Assembly (NCBI GenBank): GCA_965216565.1
Contig: OZ244170.1
Location: 2,656,001 to 2,720,000, forward strand
DNA length: 64,000 bases
From: Bythopirellula sp.
GTDB lineage: Bacteria > Planctomycetota > Planctomycetia > Pirellulales > Lacipirellulaceae
Direction: 5' to 3'
Shown: one piece after another, positions 1 through 10,323 of the stretch
Position numbering within the stretch: position 1 is the stretch's first letter
Layout of the letters: the number at the start of each line of letters is the position of its first letter
The notes under the pieces: generated by a model
What the model saw: only the letters and a program-made list of their open reading frames with translations
Told to the model about the DNA's origin: nothing
Databases searched by the model: none
Program-made: the position numbers and the translations under genes

Positions 1-2726
1 ATCGTCCTTTGCTCCACAAGGCGCAGTGGGAAATGCGGTATGAGATGCCTGCTGGAGTCGAAACGAAAATGCCCAGCCAAGTCCTTACGTTTTCGAACTG
101 GGAGGTCGATCAACCGATCGCCGATGAGATCTTTGCGATCGAAGTCCCCGAAGATGCAGAGCAAGTCGCATCGTTTATGACACAAGACCGGCACGACGAC
201 GAGCCCCACCCCCTGTTGGGTGCAGAGGCTCCTGATTGTGAGCTCACACTTCTGGACGGTGACCCCCAACAGCTTACAGACTTAAAAGGCGATCAAGTCG
301 TCGTGCTTGATTTTTGGGCTCTTTGGTGTGCTCCTTGCCTAGAAGCCTTACCTATCGTGAATTCGGTAGCCGCGCAATTTTCCGATCGCGATGTCGCCTT
401 TTTTACTGTCAATAGCGGCGATGATGCCGAGGACATCCGGGAGTTTTTAGAAGAACAAGATTTGGACTTACCGATTGCTCTCGATCCCGAATCTGAGATA
501 AGTGATTTGTTTCACGCAAACAGCATCCCAATGACGGTGATTATCGATAAGGAAGGCGTGGTCCAGGTAGTTCACATCGGCTTGGACAGCGATCTCGAAA
601 AGACTCTCAGCCAAGAAATTGAAGACGTCATCGCAGGCAAGCAACTAGCGGAAGAAACTCTAGAAGCGGCTCGCGAGGCGAAGCGTTGGGGCAAACCAAT
701 TCCGAGCGGAGAAGACGCAATAACCGCCACGGATGCTACCGAGTTCGAATTAGCTTTCAATTTACGTACCAGCGTAGACTCCTACAAAAAAGTTGGCAGC
801 CGAAATGAGGCGTGGGACGAATCGGCAATCGAATTTCTGACAGAAATGTCTAGCCATTTCTCGTCGTCCAAAGGTCACAAATCGCGGATGGAACTCATCG
901 AGATGGCAGAACCGCTTGTCGAGAGCGGGTGTGACGACCCACTGGTGCGATACTGCCATGGAGCGATGCTCGAAGACGGAGCACAGGATGATGTCTCAAG
1001 GGCAAGAGGCTCGCGATTTGTTGAGCGCAGCTATGCAGGTTTGGTCGAACGAGGGTATCCAGAAAGTCGCTGCTATGCTGCTGCGAAACGAATTTGGAAA
1101 AAATCGTGCAAGGCGCACGATCAGGAAGAGGTCGCAGATAAGTATCTCGCCTTAACCCGACAGCACGCCCTGGCATCCGTGCTTGATGACGATCTAGACA
1201 ACCACGATGGTCGCACCATCTACCGTCACTTAAACAGCTTCTGCGAGTTGTTGCCACTTGAAACTCGAGCAGAATTTTGCGAAGCGGCAAAAGCCCACGA
1301 AGAGGCGTCGCCCTTTGTGGTGAACATGTTGGTAGGCCAGTACCACGTCGAAGCTGGCTGGAAAGCGCGAGGTACGAGCTGGGCCACGGAAGTTACCGAA
1401 GAGGGATGGAAAGGTTTTGATGAGCACATGACCGAAGCACGCGAGTGCTTCGAAAAGGCTTGGGAAGCCGCCCCGAATCGTCCGGAGGCGGCATCAGAGA
1501 TGATCAAGATTTCCATGTCTTCAAGTCGGTCTGCTTTCCGAGAAATGCGCATGTGGTTCGACCGGGCAGTTGAGGCGCAGTTCGACTATCGCCCCGCTTA
1601 TACGAAGCTTGTTTGGGGTCTCATGCCGCGATGGCATGGCTCGCACGATTTGATCTATCAGTTTGGTGTTGAATGCATGAACACCGAGCGTTACGACACC
1701 GATGTGCCATTCATGCTTTGCGACAACTTGTGGCGTATCATTCGCGACAACAAACACAACCCGTTGGGCACGGACTTCCTACGCAAATCTGGGATCTATG
1801 AGAACGTCCAAATCGTCTGCGAAAGGTACATCGATGAGGGGAGTAAAAAGCACGACATTCCGTGGTGGCAGACGACGTGGCTGGGGTTTGCCTATCTGAC
1901 CGGCCATTGGGACGACGCCGAACGATTGCTAGAGGAACTCGATTTCGATCTGAACTCCAACGCGTTAGGCAGATTCCCCTTGAACGCCGATAAAGTGATC
2001 GCTGAGGTTCAGATCCGTACCAGTCCACATGCCGATGCCATCACACAGGCGTTTCAGCTGGCCGACTCAGGACAGCAGGAGGAAGCCATCGAGGAACTCA
2101 CCGCACTCTTGGACGAAGAAGATCTTCCCTCAATCGTTGCCAGCCGAGTTCGATCTCGGCTGCAAGGGCTCAACTGGACTACGGAGTTTGAAAGTGGCGA
2201 GCCGGTAAGTCTTATTCCAGAAAGAGGACTCGATGGCTGGAAGGTTGTCGCGGGAAACTGGATTCAGAATCCCAATGGTGGATTGCGTGGCGAATCGGAT
2301 CTCTCCGGGGCAATGCTCGAATGTGAAACCGATTTTGGCACTCACTGGGAAATTCGTGGGGAAGTCACCCATGGTAAAAGCCCCTATAATCCTTGGGATG
2401 CCGGTATCTTGCTGATGGTCGATGGTAGCCCCGATTTCTCGCTGGCGTTCCATCCTACGGAGAAATGGGTGGCGGCGGGTCCCCGGGAGGAACTCAAAGA
2501 GCATCGAATTCCTTTCGAAGTCCAAGGAAGAACGACTGACTTCGTAATCCGTATGGAAGACAACCAAGTGAACGTTTGGTTAAACGAAGAATTGGTAATC
2601 GAGGATCAGAAAATCGTCGGCCTATCAAGTTCCGATTCGTACAAAATAGCTATCGGAGCTAAGTACTGGTGGAACGGATCGATCCTCACCTACAAAAACT
2701 TAGTTATCGAGAAAGTCGATCATTAG
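1..2726 (+). CDS. 5'-partial multidomain protein: TlpA/thioredoxin-like domain + DUF4034-like helical domain + C-terminal DUF1080-like beta-sandwich
   Basis: Frame open to the window edge. DFWALWCAPC (CxxC) TlpA motif; ARGTSWATEVTEEGW and LMPRWHGS DUF4034-type motifs; GLDGWKVVAGNW start of a DUF1080-like domain. Confidence 0.75.
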   Translation, partial: RPLLHKAQWEMRYEMPAGVETKMPSQVLTFSNWEVDQPIADEIFAIEVPEDAEQVASFMTQDRHDDEPHPLLGAEAPDCELTLLDGDPQQLTDLKGDQVVVLDFWALWCAPCLEALPIVNSVAAQFSDRDVAFFTVNSGDDAEDIREFLEEQDLDLPIALDPESEISDLFHANSIPMTVIIDKEGVVQVVHIGLDSDLEKTLSQEIEDVIAGKQLAEETLEAAREAKRWGKPIPSGEDAITATDATEFELAFNLRTSVDSYKKVGSRNEAWDESAIEFLTEMSSHFSSSKGHKSRMELIEMAEPLVESGCDDPLVRYCHGAMLEDGAQDDVSRARGSRFVERSYAGLVERGYPESRCYAAAKRIWKKSCKAHDQEEVADKYLALTRQHALASVLDDDLDNHDGRTIYRHLNSFCELLPLETRAEFCEAAKAHEEASPFVVNMLVGQYHVEAGWKARGTSWATEVTEEGWKGFDEHMTEARECFEKAWEAAPNRPEAASEMIKISMSSSRSAFREMRMWFDRAVEAQFDYRPAYTKLVWGLMPRWHGSHDLIYQFGVECMNTERYDTDVPFMLCDNLWRIIRDNKHNPLGTDFLRKSGIYENVQIVCERYIDEGSKKHDIPWWQTTWLGFAYLTGHWDDAERLLEELDFDLNSNALGRFPLNADKVIAEVQIRTSPHADAITQAFQLADSGQQEEAIEELTALLDEEDLPSIVASRVRSRLQGLNWTTEFESGEPVSLIPERGLDGWKVVAGNWIQNPNGGLRGESDLSGAMLECETDFGTHWEIRGEVTHGKSPYNPWDAGILLMVDGSPDFSLAFHPTEKWVAAGPREELKEHRIPFEVQGRTTDFVIRMEDNQVNVWLNEELVIEDQKIVGLSSSDSYKIAIGAKYWWNGSILTYKNLVIEKVDH

Positions 2727-2771
2727 TTCGGAAACACGAACCGCGCTAAGATTCCAAGAATTCTACCTCGC

Positions 2772-3809
2772 ATGAAATCATTCCAACTCACTGATCTAAG
2801 ATCAATGGAATTGAGGGACATTCCCGACCCGAAGATCGAGAAAACTGACGATATAATGGTCAAGATCGGCGCTGTGGGAGTGTGCGGATCAGATATTCAT
2901 TATTTCACGTCGGGCCGCATCGGTGAGCAAGTTGTCCAATACCCTTTTACGGTTGGCCACGAGTGTGCCGGTACCATCGTGGAAATTGGCAGCGATGTTA
3001 CAGACCTACAGGTAGGTGATCGTATTGCTGTGGAGCCTGCTGTCACTTGTGGGAGATGCGATCAATGCCTGGCCGGGCGAGAAAATACTTGTCGAGAAAA
3101 CCGCTTCCTAGGTTGTCCGGGGCAAGCAGAAGGAAGTCTTTCAGAATACCTCGTCATGCCGAAACAGAATTGCTTCAAGATCGAAGACTCGCTAAGTCTT
3201 GCCGAGGCTACGATCTCCGAGCCACTGGCAATTGCAATTTATGCAGTCGAAAAGAGCAAAGTCCGAAGCGATCATCATGTAGGAATCCTTGGCATGGGTC
3301 CAATTGGCCGGACCGTGATGCTGGCTGCTCAATATCAGGGTTGTGACAAGATCTACTGCACAGATCAAATTGACGCGCGCACCAGTGCCGCGCGAGAAGC
3401 GGGCGCCATTTGGGCCGGCAACCCCAGCAAACAGGACGTGGTTCGTGAGCTCGTAGAGATAGCACCCCTTGGGCTCGATATCGTCTTCGAATGCTGCGGT
3501 GAGCAACAGGCCCTCGATCAGGCTGTGAAACTACTCAAGCCAGGGGGCACCTTGATGGTCATCGGTATTCTCGAAACCGATACCATGAGTTTCTGTACAG
3601 ACAGCATCCGTCGCAAAGAAATCACGATCGTTAACGTCCGCAGACAACAAGGCTGTGTGCAACGTGCCCTAGATATGATTGCGGAGCGGCCTACGGAGGT
3701 CAGTTCATTGATTACACACCGTTATAGCTTCGAGAACACAGACGCGGCATTCGACTTGGTGGCCGACTACCGCGACGGTGTTGTGAAGGCAATGATCGAG
3801 TTTGTTTGA
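2772..3809 (+). CDS. Zinc-dependent alcohol/sugar-alcohol dehydrogenase (sorbitol DH-like)
   Basis: GVCGSD, GHE, CxxCxxC...C structural Zn cluster, GMGPIG Rossmann motif. Confidence 0.92.
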   Translation: MKSFQLTDLRSMELRDIPDPKIEKTDDIMVKIGAVGVCGSDIHYFTSGRIGEQVVQYPFTVGHECAGTIVEIGSDVTDLQVGDRIAVEPAVTCGRCDQCLAGRENTCRENRFLGCPGQAEGSLSEYLVMPKQNCFKIEDSLSLAEATISEPLAIAIYAVEKSKVRSDHHVGILGMGPIGRTVMLAAQYQGCDKIYCTDQIDARTSAAREAGAIWAGNPSKQDVVRELVEIAPLGLDIVFECCGEQQALDQAVKLLKPGGTLMVIGILETDTMSFCTDSIRRKEITIVNVRRQQGCVQRALDMIAERPTEVSSLITHRYSFENTDAAFDLVADYRDGVVKAMIEFV

Positions 3810-3836
3810 CAATGTCTACCTGTACAAGTTTTTGAA

Positions 3837-5522
3837 CTAAACCAGCACATTTGACTTGTTTCTCGAACACAAAGCACTCAATGCCAACAATAGTGACAAC
3901 GAAATGGCACTTGGTTCTGGCACAACCGCTGCGTTGGCCGACGAAAGGAAGTTCCCGTAGTTATCTTCCCAATCCTCGAGGTCCGTTGAACTCAACGGCA
4001 CTGGCCGATCGCCCTGTTGCCACTCGAGGAAATCGAGGCCATCGACGTCGCCATCAAAATCGAAGTCTCCGGGCAAGAGGTGGATAAGTTCTCGGATCAC
4101 GCCATCCTTCTTGTTGCTTAGAAACACTCGACCCTCGATGCCATAGCTCCATCGCAAGTCAGCGCGTGTTTCCGTGGATAGCCCGTTGGCAGCACGCGTA
4201 TTGTTGATCTCGGTAAGAAAATCGATTGGCAGTCCCGATCCATCGACGTCAACTAGAATCAGTTCGGCAAAAGGGTCGACTCCCGACCGCTGGGCAGGAG
4301 GACCCCCAGAAACGTCGATGTACAGAGGCGCACCGGTTGGAAAATCTCCCGCGAGGAGCAACCCATCAAGTCCCGGAATCCCAGTACCACGCACCACCTC
4401 GCCAGCCGTAATTGCGCGTCCCCCTGTTAGTCCTGGAACTGGTGGCAGCGGAATATCTCCACTTCGATTATACTTGGCGATCGGATCTTCTAGCGACGGA
4501 TCAAGAGGATTGGAGTTCCCCTCCTCGACATCCCATCCGAAATGCCCCCCGTTACTGAGCAGATTGATTTCCTCCCAGGCTCCTTGGCCAATGTCTGCCA
4601 CGTAGAGGTTGCCCGTAGTATCGTCCCAGCCAAATCGTTGCGGGTTTCGCAGTCCGTATGCATATACTTCAGCCAGAGTGCTGGAGTCGCCATCGGATGC
4701 GAACACATTTTCCGAGGCGATGCCATAGTCGGCACCGCCCGCACCGTCGGGATCTAAAGGGTCGATGCGGAACATTTTGCCGTAGGGCTTATTGGGATCA
4801 CGGGCGATGTTCCAAGGATCGTTCCCGCTGCCACCATCGCCGATGGCCACATAGAGATTGCCGTAATCGGTATCGCCCGATCCGACCGAAGTATTAAAGG
4901 CAATCTGCCCACTGTTGTGATTCCCCCTGGGTTGTTCGAGCCGTAACACTTCGCGTGGTGCCCCGCCACCACCCGCGGCATAGGTCGCGGCGGTGGGATC
5001 GGTCACAGACCATTCCAGCAGCAAAGTATCGTGTGTGTTATTGCTGCTGCTACCTGTATTGCTCACGAAGGGGAAGTTCGGAGCAGGACCCGTATTCCCT
5101 TCGCTGTGGATCGTATAGAACTTCCCAAAACCATCAGTTCCAGTCTCGGCAAAATCAGGGTGAAAAGAAAAGCCTTGAAATCCCTGCTCACTGCTAGTCA
5201 CAAGGTTAATGCCCGCAAAAGTCGAAAGGTCGAGATAATTTGTCACCGTTGAGCCATCGGAACTCATTGTGTAGAGCGGGCCGCGTTGATCATTGACGAA
5301 TAGACGCCCCAGCGGATCGGACGTCACGACATTGACACGAGCCGGCGCAGAATTTCCTCCACTAGAGTCCGGCAGGACGGCGAAGTCTCGAATTCCGACT
5401 GAGATTCCTTGTTCGATAACAGCGTGTGCATCATTAGTCAGTCCGAAGACGACCAATACGATAAACGACATCACACACAATCGGAAAACTATACAATCTC
5501 TCCACAAAGCTAGAGTGCTCAT
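3837..5522 (-). CDS. PQQ-dependent sugar dehydrogenase (GSDH-type beta-propeller) with dockerin-like module and PEP-CTERM
   Basis: HNSGQIAF, GDGG, YGLRNPQR, DIGQGAWEEIN motifs; GDFDFDGDVDGLDFLEWQ; VPEPS + TM. Start moved to ATG 5522 (GGGAG RBS). Confidence 0.88.
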   Translation of the reverse strand: MSTLALWRDCIVFRLCVMSFIVLVVFGLTNDAHAVIEQGISVGIRDFAVLPDSSGGNSAPARVNVVTSDPLGRLFVNDQRGPLYTMSSDGSTVTNYLDLSTFAGINLVTSSEQGFQGFSFHPDFAETGTDGFGKFYTIHSEGNTGPAPNFPFVSNTGSSSNNTHDTLLLEWSVTDPTAATYAAGGGGAPREVLRLEQPRGNHNSGQIAFNTSVGSGDTDYGNLYVAIGDGGSGNDPWNIARDPNKPYGKMFRIDPLDPDGAGGADYGIASENVFASDGDSSTLAEVYAYGLRNPQRFGWDDTTGNLYVADIGQGAWEEINLLSNGGHFGWDVEEGNSNPLDPSLEDPIAKYNRSGDIPLPPVPGLTGGRAITAGEVVRGTGIPGLDGLLLAGDFPTGAPLYIDVSGGPPAQRSGVDPFAELILVDVDGSGLPIDFLTEINNTRAANGLSTETRADLRWSYGIEGRVFLSNKKDGVIRELIHLLPGDFDFDGDVDGLDFLEWQQGDRPVPLSSTDLEDWEDNYGNFLSSANAAVVPEPSAISLSLLLALSALCSRNKSNVLV

Positions 5523-5840
5523 CTTTCTGTCTCCCTGTTCCAGTGAGGAGTAGCCAAGAGGACGAGCATTGGTTGAGATGCTCACTTGGCGATTACTTCC
5601 ATAGGATACAGGCAATTCCTGCCCCGATACAACCTTTTTTTGTAGTCGCTCGGGCCCGGTGCTACCAAACTTGCTCTTTGAGACTTAGAGACGATAGTAC
5701 GACTAATTGTAATCGGTGACAGGATGTCGTTAGTCGAGAAAACGTTGTATATTGGTTACTTCCTAAACACTGAATTGCTATCTCTTTCCAATAGGCAATT
5801 CCTCGCAAAGATTCGCCCTCAAATAAACTGGCTGAAACAG

Positions 5841-6389
5841 ATGTCTAAAGCGCTACTGGTGATTGATGTTCAACGAGAGTACTTTGACGGCGCGCTGCCG
5901 ATCACTCACCCCGTTGGCCATTTGGATCGAATTTTGAACGTCATGGACAATGCGGCAAAGTCCAGGGTGCCTACTGCCGTGGTGCGACATCACCAGCCTG
6001 ATCCAGACTCGCCCATCTTCCGTCTGAATTCTGATATGTGGCAGCTCCACACTGAAGTCGAGCAACGCCCACATGACATCTTAATCGACAAGAAACTGCC
6101 TGGTTCGTTCACTGACACAAACTTGGAAGACTGGCTCAAGGAAGTAGGTGCCGAGTCGGTCTCCATCGCCGGTTACATGACTCAGATCTGTTGCGATACG
6201 ACAGCTCGCCAAGCATTTCACCGTGGGTTCAAGGTTGAGTTTCTTAGCGACGCTACCGGAACCTTGAACGTCGAAAATGAAGCGGGCTCAGTGACAGCCG
6301 AGCAACTGCATACCTCGATCCTTGTTTCACAACAAATGTTCATCAGCGAGGTCGTCTCCAGTATCGACTGGATTGAACGACTGGCCTGA
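5841..6389 (+). CDS. Cysteine hydrolase / isochorismatase family
   Basis: ALLVIDVQ, K in IDKKLPGSF, GYMTQICCDTTAR. Start at ATG 5841. Confidence 0.9.
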   Translation: MSKALLVIDVQREYFDGALPITHPVGHLDRILNVMDNAAKSRVPTAVVRHHQPDPDSPIFRLNSDMWQLHTEVEQRPHDILIDKKLPGSFTDTNLEDWLKEVGAESVSIAGYMTQICCDTTARQAFHRGFKVEFLSDATGTLNVENEAGSVTAEQLHTSILVSQQMFISEVVSSIDWIERLA

Positions 6390-6527
6390 GCTTTGTGAAA
6401 TTGGAGGGGCAATAGGCACCTGGGAACACGGTCCTGGCCTTGTCCATAAATCTCCGTTTCCTCGGAGATCTCCTCTCCACAATCTGGTCCTCTGGCAAAT
6501 AGCTTAGCTCCGGTTGCTCGAATCCCG

Positions 6528-7433
6528 ATGACGGACTCGTCCGCCCTGCCCTTCGCTGCTATGCTGGAATCTATGACCGAAGCCTCCGAAAAAAGACCGC
6601 AGGTAATGATGCTGGCTGACGCGGCACGGCCGCAGATTAAGCAACGGGCCGACGAGTTGCGACCAGTGATCGAAAAATACTTCGACGTCGTTGCGACAGT
6701 GAACGACTTTTCGGGTGAATTACCAAACGAGCAAGTCGACTTCGCCGTGGTTCTTGGTGGCGATGGTTCCATTCTGCGGTCCGCCCGATTGATGGGCTAC
6801 GAACAGTTGCCCGTACTGGGTGTTAACTTGGGTCGGCTCGGTTTCTTGGCCGATCTACTTCCCGACGTTCTGGACGAAGTGCTACCACTCGTGGCCCAAG
6901 GCCAGTACCGCATCGTGCCTCACTTGATGTTCGAGTGCAGTATTTCAACCTCTGAAAGTGTGCAACAGCAGTGGCTGGGGCTCAATGAAGTAGCCGTGCT
7001 AGCAGGCCCCCCCTTCGCAATGCTCGATGTCGAGCTTTACGTTGACGGCATTTTGGCAACTACCTATAGTTGCGACGGCTTGATCGTAAGCACCCCGGTT
7101 GGCTCGACGGCTCATAACCTATCGGCCGGCGGACCAATCCTGCGAAAAGATTTGCAGGCGTTTGTGATCTCGCCAATTAGCCCGCACACGCTAACCAATC
7201 GTCCCGTCGTGGAATCAGCCGATCGTGCTTACGAATTGGCTGTGCCCGAGCCCCACGAAGGCACCACGCTGGTGATCGATGGCCGCGCGGTTCAACAGCT
7301 CAAAAGCCAAGATCGGATTCGCATTGAGCGATCCGAGGCGGTGTTTAAGCTGATTGAGGTTCACGGCTATGGCTATTATCGCGTCTTACGCGAGAAGCTG
7401 GGCTGGGGCGGGCGACTAAGAATGGATGACTGA
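6528..7433 (+). CDS. nadK: NAD(+) kinase
   Basis: LGGDGS, NE, DGLIVSTPVGSTAHNLSAGGPI. Start may be slightly downstream. Confidence 0.95.
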   Translation: MTDSSALPFAAMLESMTEASEKRPQVMMLADAARPQIKQRADELRPVIEKYFDVVATVNDFSGELPNEQVDFAVVLGGDGSILRSARLMGYEQLPVLGVNLGRLGFLADLLPDVLDEVLPLVAQGQYRIVPHLMFECSISTSESVQQQWLGLNEVAVLAGPPFAMLDVELYVDGILATTYSCDGLIVSTPVGSTAHNLSAGGPILRKDLQAFVISPISPHTLTNRPVVESADRAYELAVPEPHEGTTLVIDGRAVQQLKSQDRIRIERSEAVFKLIEVHGYGYYRVLREKLGWGGRLRMDD

Positions 7434-7459
7434 CCCAACTCAAACGCGAAGGTGCAAGG

Positions 7460-8386
7460 ATGCACAGCAACTCATTATTTCGGACCTCTCTTTTCCTTAG
7501 TCTCTCCTGCTTCTGCTGCACCGCCTTATTCGCTGCCGGCGAAGAAAGCAGTTCCGAGCAAGCATACGAGCTTGCTTATAAGTTTAAGATGGGCGAAGTC
7601 ATTCGCTACGCGGTTAGGCATACCGCCAATATCCGGAGCACCATCGAAGGCACTTCGCAGGATGCTGAGAGCAAGAGCGAATCGATCAAAGCTTGGAAAG
7701 TCACCGACGTACTACCCAACGGCGAGATGGAATTTATCCACGTCGTTGAGACCGTGAAAATGTCCAACCGCGTGCCCAATCGGGCTGAGGTTGTCTACGA
7801 CAGCCAGGCTGACAAGACCCCGCCCGTGGGATTTGAACAGGCGGCCCGCGCTGTAGGAGTGCCTCTATCGCTGATTCGTATCACCACCAGCGGCGAGATC
7901 GTCCATCGCGAGGAAAAACATCCTCAGCCGGAAACTAACGACGATGTCCCAATCACTCTGCAACTGCCCGAGCACAAGCTTGCTATCGGCGAAAAATGGG
8001 ATACCGCCTATGACGTCCCACTGGAACTGAAGAGTGGCGGCAAAACATCTGCCCGCACACGTCGCGTTTGCACCTTAGAAAACGTGGCTGGAGGAATCGC
8101 CACAATCAAAGTTGACTACCAGGTTCTCACGCCTGTGAGCCCGCATCTGGAGTCGCAATTGGTGGACCGTCTGACCGATGGCACGGTCCGATTCGACATC
8201 GACAAGGGCCGGGTTGTCTCGCAGAAATTTGCGGCCGACAAGCGAGTCATCGGATTTGCTGGCGAGGCGAGCAGCATGCACTACGTCTCTCGTCTGGAAG
8301 AGAAACTGCTCAAGCCGGGTCAGCGCGTGGCCCAAAGAAAAGCGACAAAGCGAGAAGTGTCGCAATCTCAGACCGACAACAAATAG
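7460..8386 (+). CDS. Secreted hypothetical protein (DUF6263-like), paralogue of 46220..47158
   Basis: Signal peptide; LAYKFKMGE, LAIGEKW, GTVRFDIDKGR motifs are mirrored in the paralogue. Confidence 0.65.
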   Translation: MHSNSLFRTSLFLSLSCFCCTALFAAGEESSSEQAYELAYKFKMGEVIRYAVRHTANIRSTIEGTSQDAESKSESIKAWKVTDVLPNGEMEFIHVVETVKMSNRVPNRAEVVYDSQADKTPPVGFEQAARAVGVPLSLIRITTSGEIVHREEKHPQPETNDDVPITLQLPEHKLAIGEKWDTAYDVPLELKSGGKTSARTRRVCTLENVAGGIATIKVDYQVLTPVSPHLESQLVDRLTDGTVRFDIDKGRVVSQKFAADKRVIGFAGEASSMHYVSRLEEKLLKPGQRVAQRKATKREVSQSQTDNK

Positions 8387-8430
8387 CCACCCCGCCAACA
8401 AAGCAAACTGAGTTGTATTGGAGAATTGAT

Positions 8431-9030
8431 ATGCGTTACCTACTTTCGACGATGCTCGTTGTTTCCACACTAGTAATCACCGGCTGCAATCAGAGTGCTG
8501 ATCTTGCGGGACGCGTGGCGATTGTGGATTTAGACTCGGTCGCAGACCAACTCGGCCGCGAAGCCGCTATTGTCTCGGCTATCAAGCAACGGGAAGCAAC
8601 ACTTAGTCAGCAAGTTGCCGGCGCAAAGTCGAGTTACGAAATTCAGCTGCGCGACACCAAGGCACAATTGGGCACTGAACCAACAAAACAGCAAGCTCAG
8701 CAATTTGCTCAGCTGCAACAACAAGCGAATCTGAAACTTAAGCAAGTAGCTCAGCAAGCTCAAAACAATTTAAAGCAACATCGAGCACAACTCCTGCAAC
8801 AATTCCGCGAGGAGGCCAAATCGGTCGCCCAGCAAGTCGCACGCGAGCGAGGTTTTTCCTTGGTCGTTACCAAGAACGATTCCATCGTACTCGCTTTTGA
8901 CGGCACTTCAGATATTACAGCGGCTGTAACCCAGCGGATGCAGGCATTGTCTCACACAGCAAGAATGCCTTCGTTGCAATCTACAGAGACAAACACGGCT
9001 GCTGTTCCAACCCCATTTACACAGCGATAG
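8431..9030 (+). CDS. OmpH/Skp-family periplasmic chaperone (lipoprotein-like)
   Basis: LVITGC lipobox, VAIVDLD, Gln-rich coiled coil, VARERGFSLVV...DIT. Confidence 0.8.
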   Translation: MRYLLSTMLVVSTLVITGCNQSADLAGRVAIVDLDSVADQLGREAAIVSAIKQREATLSQQVAGAKSSYEIQLRDTKAQLGTEPTKQQAQQFAQLQQQANLKLKQVAQQAQNNLKQHRAQLLQQFREEAKSVAQQVARERGFSLVVTKNDSIVLAFDGTSDITAAVTQRMQALSHTARMPSLQSTETNTAAVPTPFTQR

Positions 9031-9290
9031 CTGTCGTACGGCGGTTTGTTCCTGGGCTGCTACACAGTCTGCGAAGATTGCCCATCTATTAGACATTCGA
9101 CCGATAAAATCTTCTGCTGCGCCCAGAAAAAGAGCGATTCAAAGTGTAATCGCTGGTCCGAGGCTTCAAATTGTCTCGAAATCTTGTAATCGCCCCATAA
9201 CCGGATAGAATCTGGTCTGCAAGCGATTGCAATCTTCTCTGGAAGTGACCTCCTAAAGCGAAAAAGTCTAAGAGTACGCTAGTGAAACTG

Positions 9291-9358
9291 TGACTAAAAA
9301 GCCAAAGATGCGTGCGCACTAAACTGTGTGCCCGTGCGTCTGTGGCTTTTTTCTGTCA
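9291..9358 (+). promoter_or_regulatory. Long leader hairpin ending in a T-run upstream of a PEP-CTERM gene
   Basis: AAAAAGCCA-AAGATGCG...TGCGTCTG-TGGCTTTTTT imperfect inverted repeat. Confidence 0.5.
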
Positions 9359-9527
9359 TGCCTCTTTTTCCCTGGATTCCGCCGGGGCCTGATCCGAGTT
9401 TGCGGCAGAGATCAGCCGATCGAAGCAATTGCCAATTAACTTTGGTAGGCGCATCGTCAGATGGCTAACAATCATTTTTTTGGATAGTAGTTGACGATCA
9501 ACTAACTTGTACTTGAGGAGATGGGTA

Positions 9528-10286
9528 ATGAAACGAATCGCAATACTGTTAGTATTAGCTTGTTTGGTGACAAAGGCTGAAATTCTGCTTGCCGGGGCTT
9601 CCTTGCCAGATCAGGAACTTTGGGGAGCACGAGCCGCAGCGGATGACGGCAGTTTTGGCCAATCTTCTGGTGGTGCTGAGGTAACCTTTGCAGAAGCGCT
9701 GCCTGGCAACACCGAAGCCACGTCCAGTTCAAAATTGACTGCAGGGATTGGTCTACCGGAGCTAAAGATCTTCGCTTTCGGCGCTTCAAGCCAGAACGCA
9801 CAGGCCGAGGGCATCCAGAAGTATCGCTACGACGGCTCAGAGTCGGGCGACGTGGTGGTCAACGGCTTGTTTAGCGCAACCATCAGCGGCGCAGCTCAAT
9901 TCGAAGGCGAAGTGGCCATCTTGACCGAAGACGGCTTGCTCTTTAATACTGAGAGCGAAATGGCACAGCTATTTACCGAAGGCCAGCTTCGGGCAAATCT
10001 CGATGAGACCATCGATGCTGCAGACAGAAATTCAGGCCAGTCTTCCTCCACAGCTACATTGGATATCGGAGTAGAAGCCAATCTAGATCCGGGTACCATC
10101 TTTTGGGTTTACGGATACTTCGGTGGCACAGCCTTTGAGGGAGAGGTTGATGGACTTTCCACGGGGACCTTCAGCTTTGCCGATCCCTCAAATATTACCT
10201 TGTTGGGGCAAGGCGTGCCCGAACCGGGATCGCTGGCATTAGCATCGCTAGTTGCCCTGGCTCTGCTCTCTCGAAGACGCATTTAG
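9528..10286 (+). CDS. PEP-CTERM secreted protein
   Basis: MKRIAILL signal peptide, GGAG RBS, VPEPGSLALASLVALALLSRRRI. Confidence 0.88.
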   Translation: MKRIAILLVLACLVTKAEILLAGASLPDQELWGARAAADDGSFGQSSGGAEVTFAEALPGNTEATSSSKLTAGIGLPELKIFAFGASSQNAQAEGIQKYRYDGSESGDVVVNGLFSATISGAAQFEGEVAILTEDGLLFNTESEMAQLFTEGQLRANLDETIDAADRNSGQSSSTATLDIGVEANLDPGTIFWVYGYFGGTAFEGEVDGLSTGTFSFADPSNITLLGQGVPEPGSLALASLVALALLSRRRI

Positions 10287-10323
10287 CGGAGCAAGACAGT
10301 CATACCTTTTCAGATTCCAGAGC

